From positions 30,628,001-30,692,000 of the forward strand of contig NC_135801.1 of NCBI RefSeq assembly GCF_964213995.1: a DNA stretch of 64,000 nucleotides. Reading direction: 5' to 3'. Below the pieces are notes generated by a model that did not search any database, was not told where the DNA came from, and saw only the letters and a list, made by a program, of their open reading frames with translations. Numbering within the stretch: position 1 is the first letter of the stretch; each line of letters starts with the position of its first letter. Both the position numbers and the translations under genes were made by a program. Shown piece by piece: positions 24,215 through 37,344 of the stretch. This DNA comes from Mustelus asterias. Lineage: Eukaryota.

Positions 24215-26393
24215 CTACAAAAAGCAAAGTTATTTGTTAAATCTCCCTGAAGGAAACAAGAAATTGCAGAATTATTTTTCTGTACTTTGGTTTTATTTTA
24301 TGTTGCCAAAGGCTGATTATCTCAATGAACAACTGAAAAAACTTAAATGATGATGAGATGACACAAAGCATTGGTGCACAAATGTGTATCTCCAGTGCAA
24401 TACAAGATACTAATTGATCCCCAAATGACTTATTTGTCATTTTAACCCAGCACTTCATTTGAATTATTTATTACTGTTTGGTATTGTTTACTAATAATTC
24501 AGGAGAGATTACCTGTCACCCTTACACCTCTTTCAGAGGTTCCCCACTGGCGAGCTCTATTCCACCAGGCATTACACTCACTTTCTATTTACTTGCGCAT
24601 GCAGGATCTTGCATATCAAAATTGAACATTTGCCAAGCCATATAAACAAACTTGTATGCACATACCTCCTCATCACATCTTCAGCATGCCCTAAAATAAT
24701 TTATAGCTTGTTATTTTTGAAGTAAATTCACTTCTATGTAGGAAAACCGAGCAACAATTTGCACACAGCAAGTTCCCAAAATTAGCAAATGACAAATAGC
24801 GAGTTTGTATTTTTGGTGGCGTTGTTTATAGCAGATGAAACGTTGGCCAAGCTACTGAAAAAATTCTCTGTTTGTTTTTCAAAAAGGGCTTAGGAACTTC
24901 TATATCATCTAGCAGTTGGATGGGATTTTTTATTTAATACCTGTTCTGAAAGATGGAAAGATAAAATATATGCTACATAAAATATACTAGATAAAATTCT
25001 TAAGAGCTTGACAGGGTAGATGCTGAGAAAAAACCCTCCTCTGGCTGTGAAGTCTTCAAATACCATAACCAATAGAACTAGTAGCCTCAGCCACTGTTCG
25101 GTTCTCCACACTCTCCATTTACCTACCAACAATCTCAAACAATCAGGTTTCATGCCTAGTATTCATATACTTCACTTTATCCTCACCCACTTGACACTAT
25201 TGCATGCCTCACATCCACGGCTCACAGATTACACACACACTGCCAACTATTCAACCATGACAGCCTTTTCACCCATATAAAATGCACAACTCTTACCGTC
25301 TCCCATGCCTCTCTCTGGCAGGACAACATGGTTGGCACTTGACTGGAAACAGCAAGAGCTAACTGGAGAGGCCAGCACTGGATAAGATGGCCTCTGGTCA
25401 TTATTGGGATGGCAATTGCCGAGGCCATGGCCAGTGGCAAGCTGAAATCATCAAAAACGGCAGCCTCATACTCAATTCTTTTTTCGCAAACCGCACTTCC
25501 CTCTTAATTTACACATTATTCTGATTTACAAGTAGATGCTGGAAATACTGCTTACTTTTCCCCTACTCTCCACATCACAACATTGCTCGTGTCTTTTTCC
25601 TTTCAGATATACAAGGAACCATAGGGAAACCTGCAATCCTCGCAAAGTTGTGTGCTCCTTCTCACTCTCTGCCTGCCCCTATGGAGAATGAAATGTAGTA
25701 ACCTTTGTGGCCTCCCTCAAGTAACAGTGGACAGCAAGCTGTAGGATATTGCAAAAGTCAAATGGATTAAAATTCATTACCTTCTTTCCCCCTCCCCTGC
25801 CTGTTTCAGTAACTTGGCCTGCTCTTCATAGTCTCTGCTGACTCTCCAAGTCACACTGCATTCGAAGGCAAATGCCTACAAGTGCATCCATGTGGGCAGC
25901 ACCAAGTTTGTGCAAAAGCTTTGAAGTAACAAAAAAGTGCTTAGCATGACTTCCAGGATACTTTTGCTCTTGAAACAACTATAGAAAGTACCACTTATGG
26001 AATTAGAGCAATAATCAGCAACTAACCTATACGCAATTGATCATCCCTTGAAAAGCACAAATAAGGTGCCCTTCCTATTGCTGAATGTGTGCTCAGTGGT
26101 GTGAGGTTAAAAGGCTGAAGTATCAACCTCCAAAATGGCATCAGAAACATCACAATCTGCTTGCTGTGTACCTCCAGCAGATGTTCATTGTGTGTGGTAA
26201 CATCTTTATCAATATGACATCGGGCGTGATTCACTCCTCAAGTGTGTTGCCATGCCTTGGATATCATTTGGAGCTCTAAGGGCACTTTGTGGTGCCCAAA
26301 AAAATAAGAGGCCAATGTGCCCAACTTATTACCCAGTATGTTTTGTGTCCACAATTCCCCATGTAACGACCTGGTGACTTTCTCTGAACAAAC

Positions 26394-26982
26394 GGCGACA
26401 TGGTGACACAGTGGTTAGCACTGCTGCCTCACAGCGCCAAGGACCTTGGCTCGATTCTGGCTTAGGGCGACTGTGTGGAATTTGCACGCTCTCTGTGTCT
26501 GAGGTCACGTACCAACTGACTCAAGAACAGCTTCTTCCCTGCTGTCAGACCTTTGAATGGACTTACCTTGCATTAAGTTGATCTTTCTCTACACCCTAGC
26601 TATGACTGTAACACTACATTCTGCACTCTCTCGTTTCCTTGTCTATGAACAGTATGCTTTGTCTGTATATCACGCAAGAAACAATATTATTCACTGTATA
26701 TTAATACACGTGACAATAATAAATCAAATCAAATTACGTCTGCATGGGTTTCATCCGGGTGTTCCTGTTTTCTCCCACAGTCTAAAGATGTGCAGGTTAG
26801 GTGAATTGGCCATGCTAAATTGTCCCTTAGTGTCCCAAGGTGTGCAGGTTAGGAGGATTAACAAGAGAATGTTTGGGGTTACGAGGACAGGGCAGGGTGT
26901 GGGCTTAAGTAAGATGCTCTGTCAGAGAGTCAGTGCAGACTTGATGGGTTGAATGGCGGCTTCTACACTGTAGGGATTCTGT
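26394..26982 (+). mobile_element. HE1-family SINE interrupted by a Rex/Babar-like LINE 3' end (about 26501-26733)
   Basis: SINE head at 26394-26500 resumes at about 26738. The insert matches the 3' end of the LINE at 38515-39930 and ends in (AAATC)n. Confidence 0.85.
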
Positions 26983-27661
26983 GGATTGGATGAAACACCA
27001 GTAAAAGGCCAGATAAATCCTTAATAAATAGAAACATAGCCAGCACTAAAGTGCATACTTCCAGCAATCAGTTGCCCAACTGTTTTTCCTCTAACCTGGA
27101 GTTAGGGTGGGAATATCAGAGTGAAAAAGGGCTAATAATCCAGATAATGGTAAATAAAATCTTCCCCGATTGCCTACTGGATGAATGCGCAGCCAATTGA
27201 TCCAGATACTCATAGTTTTGACTTCCAGTTTATGCTATGTCAACACAACTCAACCAAACAGCAAATGAAACACTGCCATTGGTTTCAGTACTTGAGGATG
27301 ATGGAGGGGCAGGGGAGTGGGAAGTATGGTTCTTGATCATGATTATTATAATGACCCTTAACTGAATACATAAATGCAATGGGGAACACTGAGCTCCTGA
27401 AAGCTACTACACAAATGCAAGTTCCTCCTTTCTTCCTTTTTATAGTTAACCATCAAACTGGCACTCGTTCCCCTTGCTCACAAACAAGGACAATTTAGGT
27501 GAATAAAGTCATCAAGATTCAGCCTCCAAGAAAAGAGGAGGAAAAATCTATTGCACTTCACATAGCTTTTTTGTGTTTACCAGAACTGACTCAAGTTTTC
27601 CATTATAAATGCTGTAATTTACTAATGTTAACAAAGAGATTCAGTCAGTCAATTGACTTAC

Positions 27662-27741
27662 CTTAAAACAGGCCAACATTAACTGAAGACAGTATGGCAT
27701 CATAGCTTTGCTTGTACAGGGCAACAGTTTAAGGTCTAAAG
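27662..27741 (-). CDS. INTS10: INTS10 coding exon (probably exon 14), 80 nt
   Basis: cag|CT TTA GAC...TTT AAG|gtaagt. (A)[26 protein letters not shown]. Confidence 0.95.
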
Positions 27742-28949
27742 CTGAAAGTAAACGGGGTAAAAAAACTGAAATTGGCACCATTACAACTGAATTTTTTAAG
27801 AAATTAAGCAGAATTATAATTTCTATAAATTCAGATTATTTATTGCATATGTTAAATTATGCCACATATAACATTTGTCAGGAATTAATACAAATGATAA
27901 TGTACTTAATTAGAATTTTAAAAAATGCACACAGGAATAATCCCATGCTTTTTCCTTTCCTACTTTTGAATGGCAACAAATGAAACTCAGTTAAGATGCT
28001 TGGAGGGCAACCATTTCCTAGGCCTCCACCATGCTGCTATTAATCAAAGACCCAAGTGCAGTTCAGAAGCAGTACTGGTTGTTTCCTCTATTTGCTGTCT
28101 TTCTATAATGGTGCGAGTTCAGGAACTGAGCAACATGTGGTTAGGCAATCTACACCTTTGGGTTATACGTGCATTCATAATTATCACAAAAATACAGGGC
28201 TCTAACATGCTCCATCTTACAAGGAGATTTGTGTCAATATCTTTATGCAAGTGCAGGAACAGAATTCATGGTGCAATATCTATTATTTTAATGTCTTCCA
28301 TCACAGTCACTAAAATTCTATAGATAGGAAAGAACACAAAATCCTGACAGCATCAGCATTGGCGTTGTTAGTAGAAGTTCTAAGGTTTTAGAGGGGCACA
28401 GACAATTTGAATATTTAGATTTGGAACAGGTGGCAAGAATCCACTTGTCCCAATGACATTTCATGTGTGAAAACAAAAAGACATCTTTCACAGGCTTTTC
28501 TAAGCTTATAAATGAGGTTAATCAATCTGAAACCTTAACTCTGTTTCTCTCTCAAAGAGTGCTGAATACTTCCAGCATTTTCTGTCTTTAGTTGAGAGTT
28601 CCAATATCTGCATCGTTTTACTTTACTAGAAATTATTCAATTGCATTCCAAACTATATCATACATTACAAAAGGAAGTTGGAAAATACAAATCACAAATA
28701 CCTACTTTTGAGTCAAACTAATCGTGCACCTCACCCTAATATATTTTACCTATGTTGAACAGGGAAACAGGCTACTGTGATCAAACACTGTACTGTGTAT
28801 TTGGATCAAAGCATTCCAATCAGGCAACATATAATTAGTACTTCTGTGTGATTAGTTTAGAAGGAAAGCAGGCCCTGCCAAATCAGATCTTCTTCATAAA
28901 CTAGGAAGATAAAATAGTACATATCTGAATATTTCACTGTAGTCCATAC

Positions 28950-29058
28950 CTTTCCTAAATCTAGGTTTCACTTTTGGAGCTTCCTCCTGCAATTTCACTA
29001 CATCTTGTGTACATGGAATGACACTGCACATAACATCCAACACCTTATCACATGTCAT
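28950..29058 (-). CDS. INTS10: INTS10 coding exon (probably exon 13), 109 nt
   Basis: tag|ATG ACA TGT...AGG AAA G|gtatgg. MTCDKVLDVMCSVIPCTQDVVKLQEEAPKVKPRFRK. Confidence 0.94.
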
Positions 29059-29294
29059 CTATGGAAGGAAAACAAGAGGTCAGATTCACAATTGACTTCA
29101 TTACACTGTCAAATGGTGAAAAAATAAATGACAAGGTCATATACTCAATTTATCAACTTAAATAATATAGGGACTTCAGAAAAACAGCAAAGGCTAGAAA
29201 ATCTAAATAAACTATGCCATTTTTGACAGATCAAACTAGTCTACCCTTTCTCGTCATACTTCTCATTTTCAGAGATATATCCAATTGCATCTTG

Positions 29295-29366
29295 AACTCA
29301 ATTTTATGGTTTGTTTTAGTGGTCTTCCCAACTCATTTTTATGGTTTGTTTTAGTGGTCTTCCCAA
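29295..29366. repeat. 35-bp tandem duplication
   Basis: AACTCAWTTTTATGGTTTGTTTTAGTGGTCTTCCC repeated twice. Confidence 0.9.
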
Positions 29367-29973
29367 TCATTAATGGCAGAAGTAAATTTAAATACTTGTT
29401 TTAAAAAGAAAAAAAACGTTCATGAATGAATCAGATAGTGCAGTTCATCCCAAAGAGTGTGGTCAAAGCAGAGGATTCCTCAATTAACAAATCCTCATGT
29501 ATTATACTTTTTTCATTTAACTTTTACACTGCCCATAAAGGAGCAGCCAACTTAGTTTCATTCAAGAGCAGTGGCAGCAACCAGCTCATCCTACTTTACA
29601 GAAGGAAGTTACAGAACAGCAACAGTTTGATGCTGTCTTGCGATCTTTGAAGGAATAGCATTTCATTTTCACATTGTGTTCATTACTTAGATCAGAAACT
29701 AACTGCGTGAAAAACTCTCAGCTGAGTTCCAGCAACCCACCACACCATTAACCCAGAAGGTCACTTAGATCAAGCAACTCTACTGTCCCTTTTGATGAAT
29801 AATATGCAAATCAAAAATGTGCAACCAAGTTGATCACGTTTTCAAAGATTAACAAGATTTCCCATATCTTATCAAAAATAATCAATTATGCAATAGAAGG
29901 TTTGAAGTTTGTAAAATGGACAGGCAAAAGTCAATTTTCAAGTGCTCAGAATGTATTACCATTGTATACTTAC

Positions 29974-30120
29974 TCTATATTCTCCTAATGCAAAGTGACA
30001 GGCAGCCATTTGAATTAATGCTCTCTGTTGTTCGAGTGTACCTTGATTCATGACATGTTGCTGGGCTCCTTGAAGAGCACCTAACTGATGAAGACTGTTT
30101 ATTGCTTTTCTATACTGGCC
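29974..30120 (-). CDS. INTS10: INTS10 coding exon (probably exon 12), 147 nt
   Basis: ttctttgaag|GGC CAG TAT...TAT AGA|gtaagt. GQYRKAINSLHQLGALQGAQQHVMNQGTLEQQRALIQMAACHFALGEYR. Confidence 0.95.
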
Positions 30121-30419
30121 CTTCAAAGAAAAAAATCAATTACATACTAAGGCAATAAAATAAGGAAATATATCACTTACAGTATTTATATAATCCCATC
30201 CTACATAATAAAAAAGTCAAAAATTTATGGCCTATTTTTAAGCCAATTCAATAATCCTGCTTTCCCTTAATCAGCAAACTAACATTTGAATAGATCACAG
30301 AAACTGCAACTGTTTTCCTTTTTCTGATAACTAATATGGTGTCATGTTTACTTTTTATCCAGCATCCTCCATTCTCTACCCATTACCATTCTTCCTCTCC
30401 CCTCAGCAGCACAGAAGGC

Positions 30420-31700
30420 AATGTCATGTGTTTTGCTGAAAAAAATTGACATGTCAAAGTTTGTTGGATTCTATGAGAAACATGTTTTCGATGGAATGAC
30501 ACCTAACCTCCTGCCACTTGCATTTTTCCAAAATGTGGATGATACATTTGCTATATTTAAATCTGCAGCTGCACATAATTTCCTTGTATGTTTTAATGTC
30601 CTGTTCTCAAGTTCACATTTGAAATGGAACTGTCAAATTAACTCCTTTTCCTTGATGTATTAATTGAGAAATCTGTCAGGGGTTTCTCTACCAGTCTACT
30701 GCAAGTCTACCTTCACTTGTCAATACACGCATTGAGATTCTTATAGTTCCATACATAAGATTAGTGCTTTCGTCAACCTTGTATAAAGGGTTTGGGCCAT
30801 TTGCCCACCATGCAAGCCTGATGCCGAAATAGGGCGCATCAAAGACATTCTTCTTGATAATGGATATACTGATCAGATCATTTCGTGCTATATACCACGC
30901 AAACTCATGAACGGGACTAATGTCCTCACTTTCGCTCCTGAAAAATGCCTAGTCTGCCTCAGATTATCTTGGAAGGGTAAGGTATGTCAAACATTTGAGC
31001 AACAGGTGAAGTTAATTGTTTCACACTGCTACAATGCAGTAGCAACACAGGTGGTATTTGCCTAATAGGATGCTGCCGACAAGCCAAAAAATGTTCTGCC
31101 CATCACACAAATGAGTAATCTGGTATACGAATTCAGTGCTACCGTGATGCTAGCTATGTAGGCTGTATAGCTCAAATCATATCAAACAGCATGTCCCAGC
31201 TGCTGTTCGCAATGGGCAAGGTACAGGCTATACCCAACCAGCCAATGCTTACAAAACTCAAAACAGTGAGTTAAAAAACAAAACATTGGATGTGATTCCA
31301 CGATGATTGGACAACATTTGCTAAGAATTTAAGATTGTAAATTGGGCTCGCAGTGTGCTGTGTGTGTGCATGTGTACTGGAAGGCACATATATTAATACA
31401 CAAGGTCCTGCTCTTAGCAAACAGAAAAAACACATACACGCATTGCATCTATTTCAGCCAAACAAAATAAGTGATAGCCATTTGCTGATTCATTCTCCCA
31501 GGGCAATATCTTGAATCAAGGTCAAGCTGCTTGGTTTAAATTTTCAACAACGCTTGGCAGTTGTCAGTCACTGTCAACTAGTGCATTTTCCATGGCAATG
31601 CCTCTACCAGAGTTCGCTTGCCAACCAATCAGCATTCTTGTGAAGTGTCCTGATGAGTGCAAGGTACAAAGCTTCAACGTCTCTTTTTTCAACAAAACTC
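30420..31700 (+). mobile_element. Decayed Penelope-like element (RT, GIY-YIG and hammerhead remnant)
   Basis: FVGFYEK...NVDDTFAIF (YVDD motif), an NGY thumb motif, VYEF..YVG GIY-YIG-like motifs, and CTGATGAGTGCAAGGTACAAAGCTT near 31650. Confidence 0.75.
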
Positions 31701-31799
31701 CACCAAGCTACTATATTGTCATGTGGGGAACTACGTCACAGCACGATGCTTTTGTGCCAACAAAGGATACCATTGAAATGTCAAATGGTATATTTCTAA

Positions 31800-34755
31800 A
31801 GGAAGCGTGGATTGTAGCTCCGGTGTACAGAAGGTTGAGAGTAGTGAGGTCATGGATGAGGTTTCAGAGTCGCAGGAGTGTACTGGCAGGCAGGAAGGCG
31901 GTTTGAAGTGTGTATACTTCAACGCCAGGAGCATCCGGAATAAGGTGGGTAAGCTTGCAGCATGGGTTGGTACCTGGGATTTCGATGTTGTGGCCATCTC
32001 GGAGACATGGATAGAGCAGGGACAGGAATGGTTGTTGCAGGTTCCGGGGTTTAGATGTTTCAGTAAGTGCAGGGAAGGTGGTAAAAGAGGGGGAGGTGTG
32101 GCATTGTTAGTCAAGGACAGTATTACGGTGGCAGAAAGGACATTTGATGAGGACTTGTCTACTGAGGTAGTTTGGGCTGAGGTTAGAAACAGGAAATGAG
32201 AGGTCACCCTGTTGGGAGTTTTTTATAGACCTCCGAAAAGTTCCAGAGATGTAGAGGAAAAGATTGCAAAGATGATTCTGGATAGGAGCGAAAGTAACAG
32301 GGTAGTTGTACTGGGGGACTTTAACTTTACAAATGTTGACTGGAAAAGCTATAGTTCGAGTACTTTAGAGGGGTCGGTTTTTGTCCAGTGTGCGCAGGAA
32401 GGCTCCCTGACGCAGTATGTAGATAGACCAACAAGAGGAGAGGCCACATTGGATTTGGTACTGGGTAATGAACCAGGCCAGGTGTTAGATTTGGAGGCAG
32501 GTGAGCACTTTGGTGACAGTGACCACAATTCGATTAAGTTTACTTTAGCAATGGAAAAGGATAGGTATATACCAAAGGGCAAGAGTTATAGCTGGGGGAA
32601 AGGAAATTATGATGCGATTAGGCGAGATTTAGCTGGCATAGGTTGGGAAAGGAAACTGCAGGGGATGGGCACAATTGTAATGTGGAACGTGTTCAAGGAA
32701 CAGCTACTACGCGTCCTTGATAAATATGTACCTGTCAGGCAGGGAGGAAGCAGACGTGTGAGGGAACCGTGGTTTACTAAGGAGGTTGAATCTCTTGTGA
32801 AGAGGAAGAAGGAGACTTATATTAAGATGAGACGTGAAGGCTCAGTTAGGGCGTTTGAGAGTTACAAGTTAGCCAAGAAGGACCTAAAGAAAGAGTTAAG
32901 AGCCAGGAGGGGACATGAGAAGTCTTTGGCGGGTAGGATCAAGGAAAACCCTAAAGCTTTCTATAGGTATGTCAGGAGTAAAAGAATGACTAGGGTAAGA
33001 TTAGGATCAGTCAAGGACAGGAGTGGGAAGTTGTGCGTGGAGTCTGAAGAGATAGGAGAGGCACTAAATGAATATTTTTCGTCGGTATTCACACTGGAGA
33101 GGGACAGTGTCGTTGAGGGGAGTACTGAGATGCAGGCTGTTGGACTGGATGGGATTGATGTTCATAAGGAGGAGGTGTTAGCAATTCTGGAAAGGGTAAA
33201 GATAGATAAGACCCCTGGGCCGGATGGGATTTATCTGAGGATTCTCTGGGAGGCTAGAGAGGAGATTGCAGAGCCTTTGGCTTTGAGCTTTGTGTCGTCA
33301 TTGTCTACAGGAACAGTGCCAGAAGACTGGAGGATAGCAAATGTTGTCCCCTTGTTCAAGAAGGGGAGTAGGGACAACCCTGGTAATTATAGACCGGTGA
33401 GCCTTACTTCTGTTGTGGGCAAAGTATTGGAAAGGATTATAAGAGATAGGATTTATAATCACCTAGAAAGGAATAATTTGATTAGGGATAGTCAGCACGG
33501 TTTTGTGAAGGGTAGGTCGTGCCTCACAAACCTTATTGAGTTCTTTGAGAAGGTGACCAAAGAGGTGGATGAGGGTAAAGCGGTTGATGTGGTGTATATG
33601 GATTTCAGCAAAGCGTTTGATAAGGTTCCCCATGGTAAGCTTTTGCAGAAAATACGGACACATGGGATTGAGGGTGATTTAGTGGTTTGGATCAGGAATT
33701 GGCTAGCTGTAAGAAAACAAAGGGTGGTGGTTGATGGGAAATATTCATCCTGGAGTTCAGTTACTAGTGGTGTACTGCAAGGATCTGTTTTGGGGCCACT
33801 GCTGTTTGTCATTTTTATTAATGACCTGGATGAGGGCGTGGAAGGATGGATTAGTAAATTTGCGGATGACACTAAAGTCGGTGGAGTTGTAGACAGTGCG
33901 GAGGGAAGTGGCAGGTTACAGAGGGACATAGATAAGCTGCAGAGCTGGGCTGAGAGGTGGCAAATGGAGTTTAATGCGGAAAAGTGTGAGGTGATTCACT
34001 TTGGAAGGAGTAACGGGAATACAGAGTACTGGGCTAATGGTAAGATACTTGGTAGTGTGGATGAACAGAGGGATCTGGGTGTCCATGTGCATAGATCCCT
34101 GAAAGTTGGCACCCAGGTTGATAGGGTTGTTAAGAAGGCGTACGGTGTGTTAGCTTTTATTGGTAGAGGGATTGAGTTTCGGAGCCAGGAGGTCATGCTG
34201 CAACTGTACAAAACTCTGGTGCGGCCGCATTTGGAGTATTGCGTACGGTTCTGGTCGCCGTAACATAGGAAAGATGTGGAAGTGTTGGAAAGGGTGCAGA
34301 GGAGATTTACCAGAATGTTGCCTGGTATGGTGGGAAAATCGTATGAGGAAAGGCTGAGGGGCTTGAGGTTGTTTTCGTTAGAGAGAAGAAGGTTAAGAGG
34401 TGACTTAATAGAGGCATACAAGATGATCAGAGGATTAGATAGGGTGGATAGTGAGAGCCTTTTTCCTCGGATAGTGTTGGCTAGCACGAGGGGGCATAGC
34501 TTTAAATTGAGGGGTGAGAGATATAGGACAGATGTTAGAGGTAGGTTCTTTACTCAGAGAGTAGTAAGGGCGTGGAATGCCCTGCCTGCAGCAGTAGTGG
34601 ACTCGTCAACATTAAGAGCATTCAAATGGTTATTGGATAAACATATGGATAATATTGGAATAGTGTAGATTAGAGGGGCTTTAGATTGGTACCACTGGTC
34701 GGCGCAACATCGAGGGCCGAAGGGCCTGTACTGCACTGTAATGTTCTATGTTCTA
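31800..34755 (+). mobile_element. Young CR1/HER1 LINE with near-complete ORF2 (APE endonuclease and RT)
   Basis: ORFs 31807..32199, 32212..34263 and 34276..34668 are one frame broken by only two stops. Motifs: YFNARSI, GDFN, SDH, QGSVLGP, FADD; 3' tail ATGTTCTATGTTCT. Confidence 0.96.
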
Positions 34756-35050
34756 ATATCAAAAATAAAGTTCAAACTTAATCTAAATAAAATGTTTCAG
34801 ATTGATCTATACAAAATGTTTTGAGAGAATGAATACAGGATTTGCCTTCTGACTGGGTTACAGTGGTAGTCACAGCCTCCTGGAAAATTGATTTTTTGGG
34901 TCAGAGATGGATTTTACACAATACATTTTCTTTATTACATTCAGCATATTGCATTAACATCCAAACATAGGAATCAACTTCACAAAAAATAGCTGCGTGA
35001 GAAGGGGAAGGGAGCAGATTTCACCTTGGGAGAATGGCACTGTACTAGGA

Positions 35051-35449
35051 TGTGGAGATGCCGGCGTTGGACTGGGGTAAGCACAGTAAGAAGTCTCACA
35101 ACACCAGTGTTTTTTTTCCTATTTTATTATTTTCTACTTTCCCATTCGTATTTCACCAAACACATACACAATCGCATTCAAACAAAAATTCTCCAATATC
35201 CAGCTGCTATTAAAATTCCTCATCTACCCCACTATACACATCCTAAAAAATAAGTTTCGCTTAACAGGATTCTCAGATGTGTTATTAAGCTTGGATTTTC
35301 CATCGTAATCTGTCCCCCACAGTCCACTTAGCGTCTGAGTATCCTCTTTTTAAACACTCCATCTGACGAAGGAGCATTGCTCCGAAAGCTTATGGTATTT
35401 GCTACCAAATAAACCTGTTGGACTTTAACCTGGTGTTGTGAGACTTCTT
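35051..35449. mobile_element. Penelope-derived insertion containing captured inverted intron DNA
   Basis: Ends belong to the same family as 21322-21492, in inverted orientation. Flanked by ACTGTACTAGGA at 35039-35050 and 35450-35461. Confidence 0.8.
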
Positions 35450-35943
35450 ACTGTACTAGGAACCAGGGATACACTGAGAAGTTTCCCAATGTGACAAGTC
35501 AAAATATGACTAGATAAAAATGTACATAAAAGCTGCCGGATTTTCATAAAAAAACCTAACTGGTTCACTAATGTCCCTCAAGGAAGGAAACTGCCACCCT
35601 TACGTCTGGCCTACATGTGACTACAGTTCCAAACTACATGGTTAACAATGCCTTCAGGCAACTAGGAATGGGGAAGATATGTGATCAAATTTGTTTAAAA
35701 AGAGGATACTCAGACGCTAAGTGGACTGTGGGGGACAGATTACATTGGAAAATCCAAGCTTAATAACAAATCTGAGAATCCTGTTAAGCGAAACTTATTT
35801 TTTAGGATGTGTATAGTGGGGTAGATGAGGAATTTTAATAGCAGCTGGATATTGGAGAATTTTTGTTTGAATGCGATTGTGTACGTGTTTGGTGAAATAC
35901 GAATGGGAAAGTAGAAAATAATAAAATAGGAAAAAAAACACTG
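35105..35943. repeat. 252-bp inverted repeat (35105-35356 versus 35692-35943)
   Basis: The arms are near-perfect reverse complements with only a few mismatches; spacer 335 bp. Confidence 0.95.
35359..35395 (+). ncRNA. Minimal type-I hammerhead ribozyme motif (Penelope type)
   Basis: CCAT-CTGACGA-A-GGAGC-ATT-GCTCC-GAAA-GCTT-ATGG. Stem I CCAU/AUGG, core CUGANGA and GAAA, stem II GGAGC/GCUCC, palindromic stem III AGCU. Confidence 0.75.
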
Positions 35944-36142
35944 ACTGAAACATTTAACCAAGAAGAGATTCAAAGTCACAAGGTAATAGACACACGATAA
36001 GAAATGTTATTGTGAGGATAACTTAATTAACTTCAATCAATAAATTCAGAATAAGCCTTTAGTTAATAAGACTAAGCAAATATATTTGGCAGCAAAAGAT
36101 CTTTCTGTGCTTCCACAGTCAGTGTGACCTCAAATAACTTAC

Positions 36143-36225
36143 CTGGTATACAATCATGTCGGTTATGAATATCCTCAACCACAGCCAAGTTTCAGTCTTC
36201 CAAGACATGCAGATTCGCGTGAATT
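36143..36225 (-). CDS. INTS10: INTS10 coding exon (probably exon 11), 83 nt
   Basis: tag|AA TTC ACG...TAC CAG|gtaagt. (E)[27 protein letters not shown]. Confidence 0.96.
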
Positions 36226-37015
36226 CTAAAGAGTGAAAGATAATCACAAATAAATTCTACAATATATCATAACGCAATGCATCTCAGTTGAAAAAAAAAG
36301 TAGAAAAAGGTTTTTCAGTATTTGTAATTCCAGAATTCCAATACATCAGCAACTCTGGAATATCAATGGCACAAGTAATTAATATAAAAGGACCTACAAT
36401 TCTAGGTCAATCAATCCCATGCCTCATGTCACTGTCTGGTGACAAAAATGGACCCGAATCGTCCCTAATTTACGGGTTCTCTTTGTACTACATTTCTGAA
36501 CATAATAAACTACCTCTTCTGAAATAGCACCCTCAAAATAGTTTCTGAAATTACGTGCAAAGAAAAATTATTTTCTATTATTTTGACACTGCATTAGTTT
36601 GCCAAAAAGTTAGTCAAGCCAATATTGTTGATTACTAATGGACACTCCTGCTCCTAATTTATATGTTTGTCCACAATGGCGTCAAAGGGTATAGGAGGTA
36701 GGAAGGAAAGTGGAGCTGAGGACACAACCAGATCAGCCATGATGTTATTGAATGCCGGAATAGGGTCGGGGGCTGAATAGTCTACTCCTGTTCCTAATTT
36801 GTATGTTCACATATTTGACATGTGTCTGGAAAAACCATAATCAGAGCACATCCAAGTGCGAGAAATAAGGCGTACCGTCAAAGTATTAAGCCACAGAATC
36901 AGAATAGCCTTAACATAGACTGTTGTGTGGCCATTAGAATATTTTTTTATTTGTATTATCGCTGTTTGCGATTTGAATAAACTTCCTATTTGCCAGATTT
37001 TCTTCTAAAAGTTGA

Positions 37016-37344
37016 CAGTGGTTAGCACTGCTGCCTCACCTAAGGGACCTGGGTTCAATTCCGGCCTTGGGTGACTGTCTGTCTGGAGTTTGCACATTCT
37101 CCCCACGTCTGCGTGGGTTTCCCCCGGGTGCTCCTGTTTCTTTCCACAGTCCAATGATGTGCAGGTTAAATGGATTGGCCATGCTAAATTGCCCCTTAGT
37201 GTCCCAAGATGTGAAGGTTAGATGGATTATCTATGGGAAATGTATGGGGTTAGAGAGATAGGACTAGGTTAGATACTCTGTCAGAGCATCGGTGCAGACT
37301 TAATGGGCTGAATGGCTTCTTCTGCACTGTAGGGATTCTTTGAT
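37016..37344 (+). mobile_element. HE1-family SINE
   Basis: Head, V-SINE core and GCACTGTAGGGATTCT tail. Confidence 0.88.

Noticed and set aside
25100-26370. Possible decayed DNA-transposon (Harbinger-like) interior
   Set aside because: Impression from composition only; no terminal repeats or clear protein motif could be verified.
33492-34487. Minus-strand ORFs of 145 and 163 aa
   Set aside because: Antisense shadows of the CR1 reverse transcriptase.
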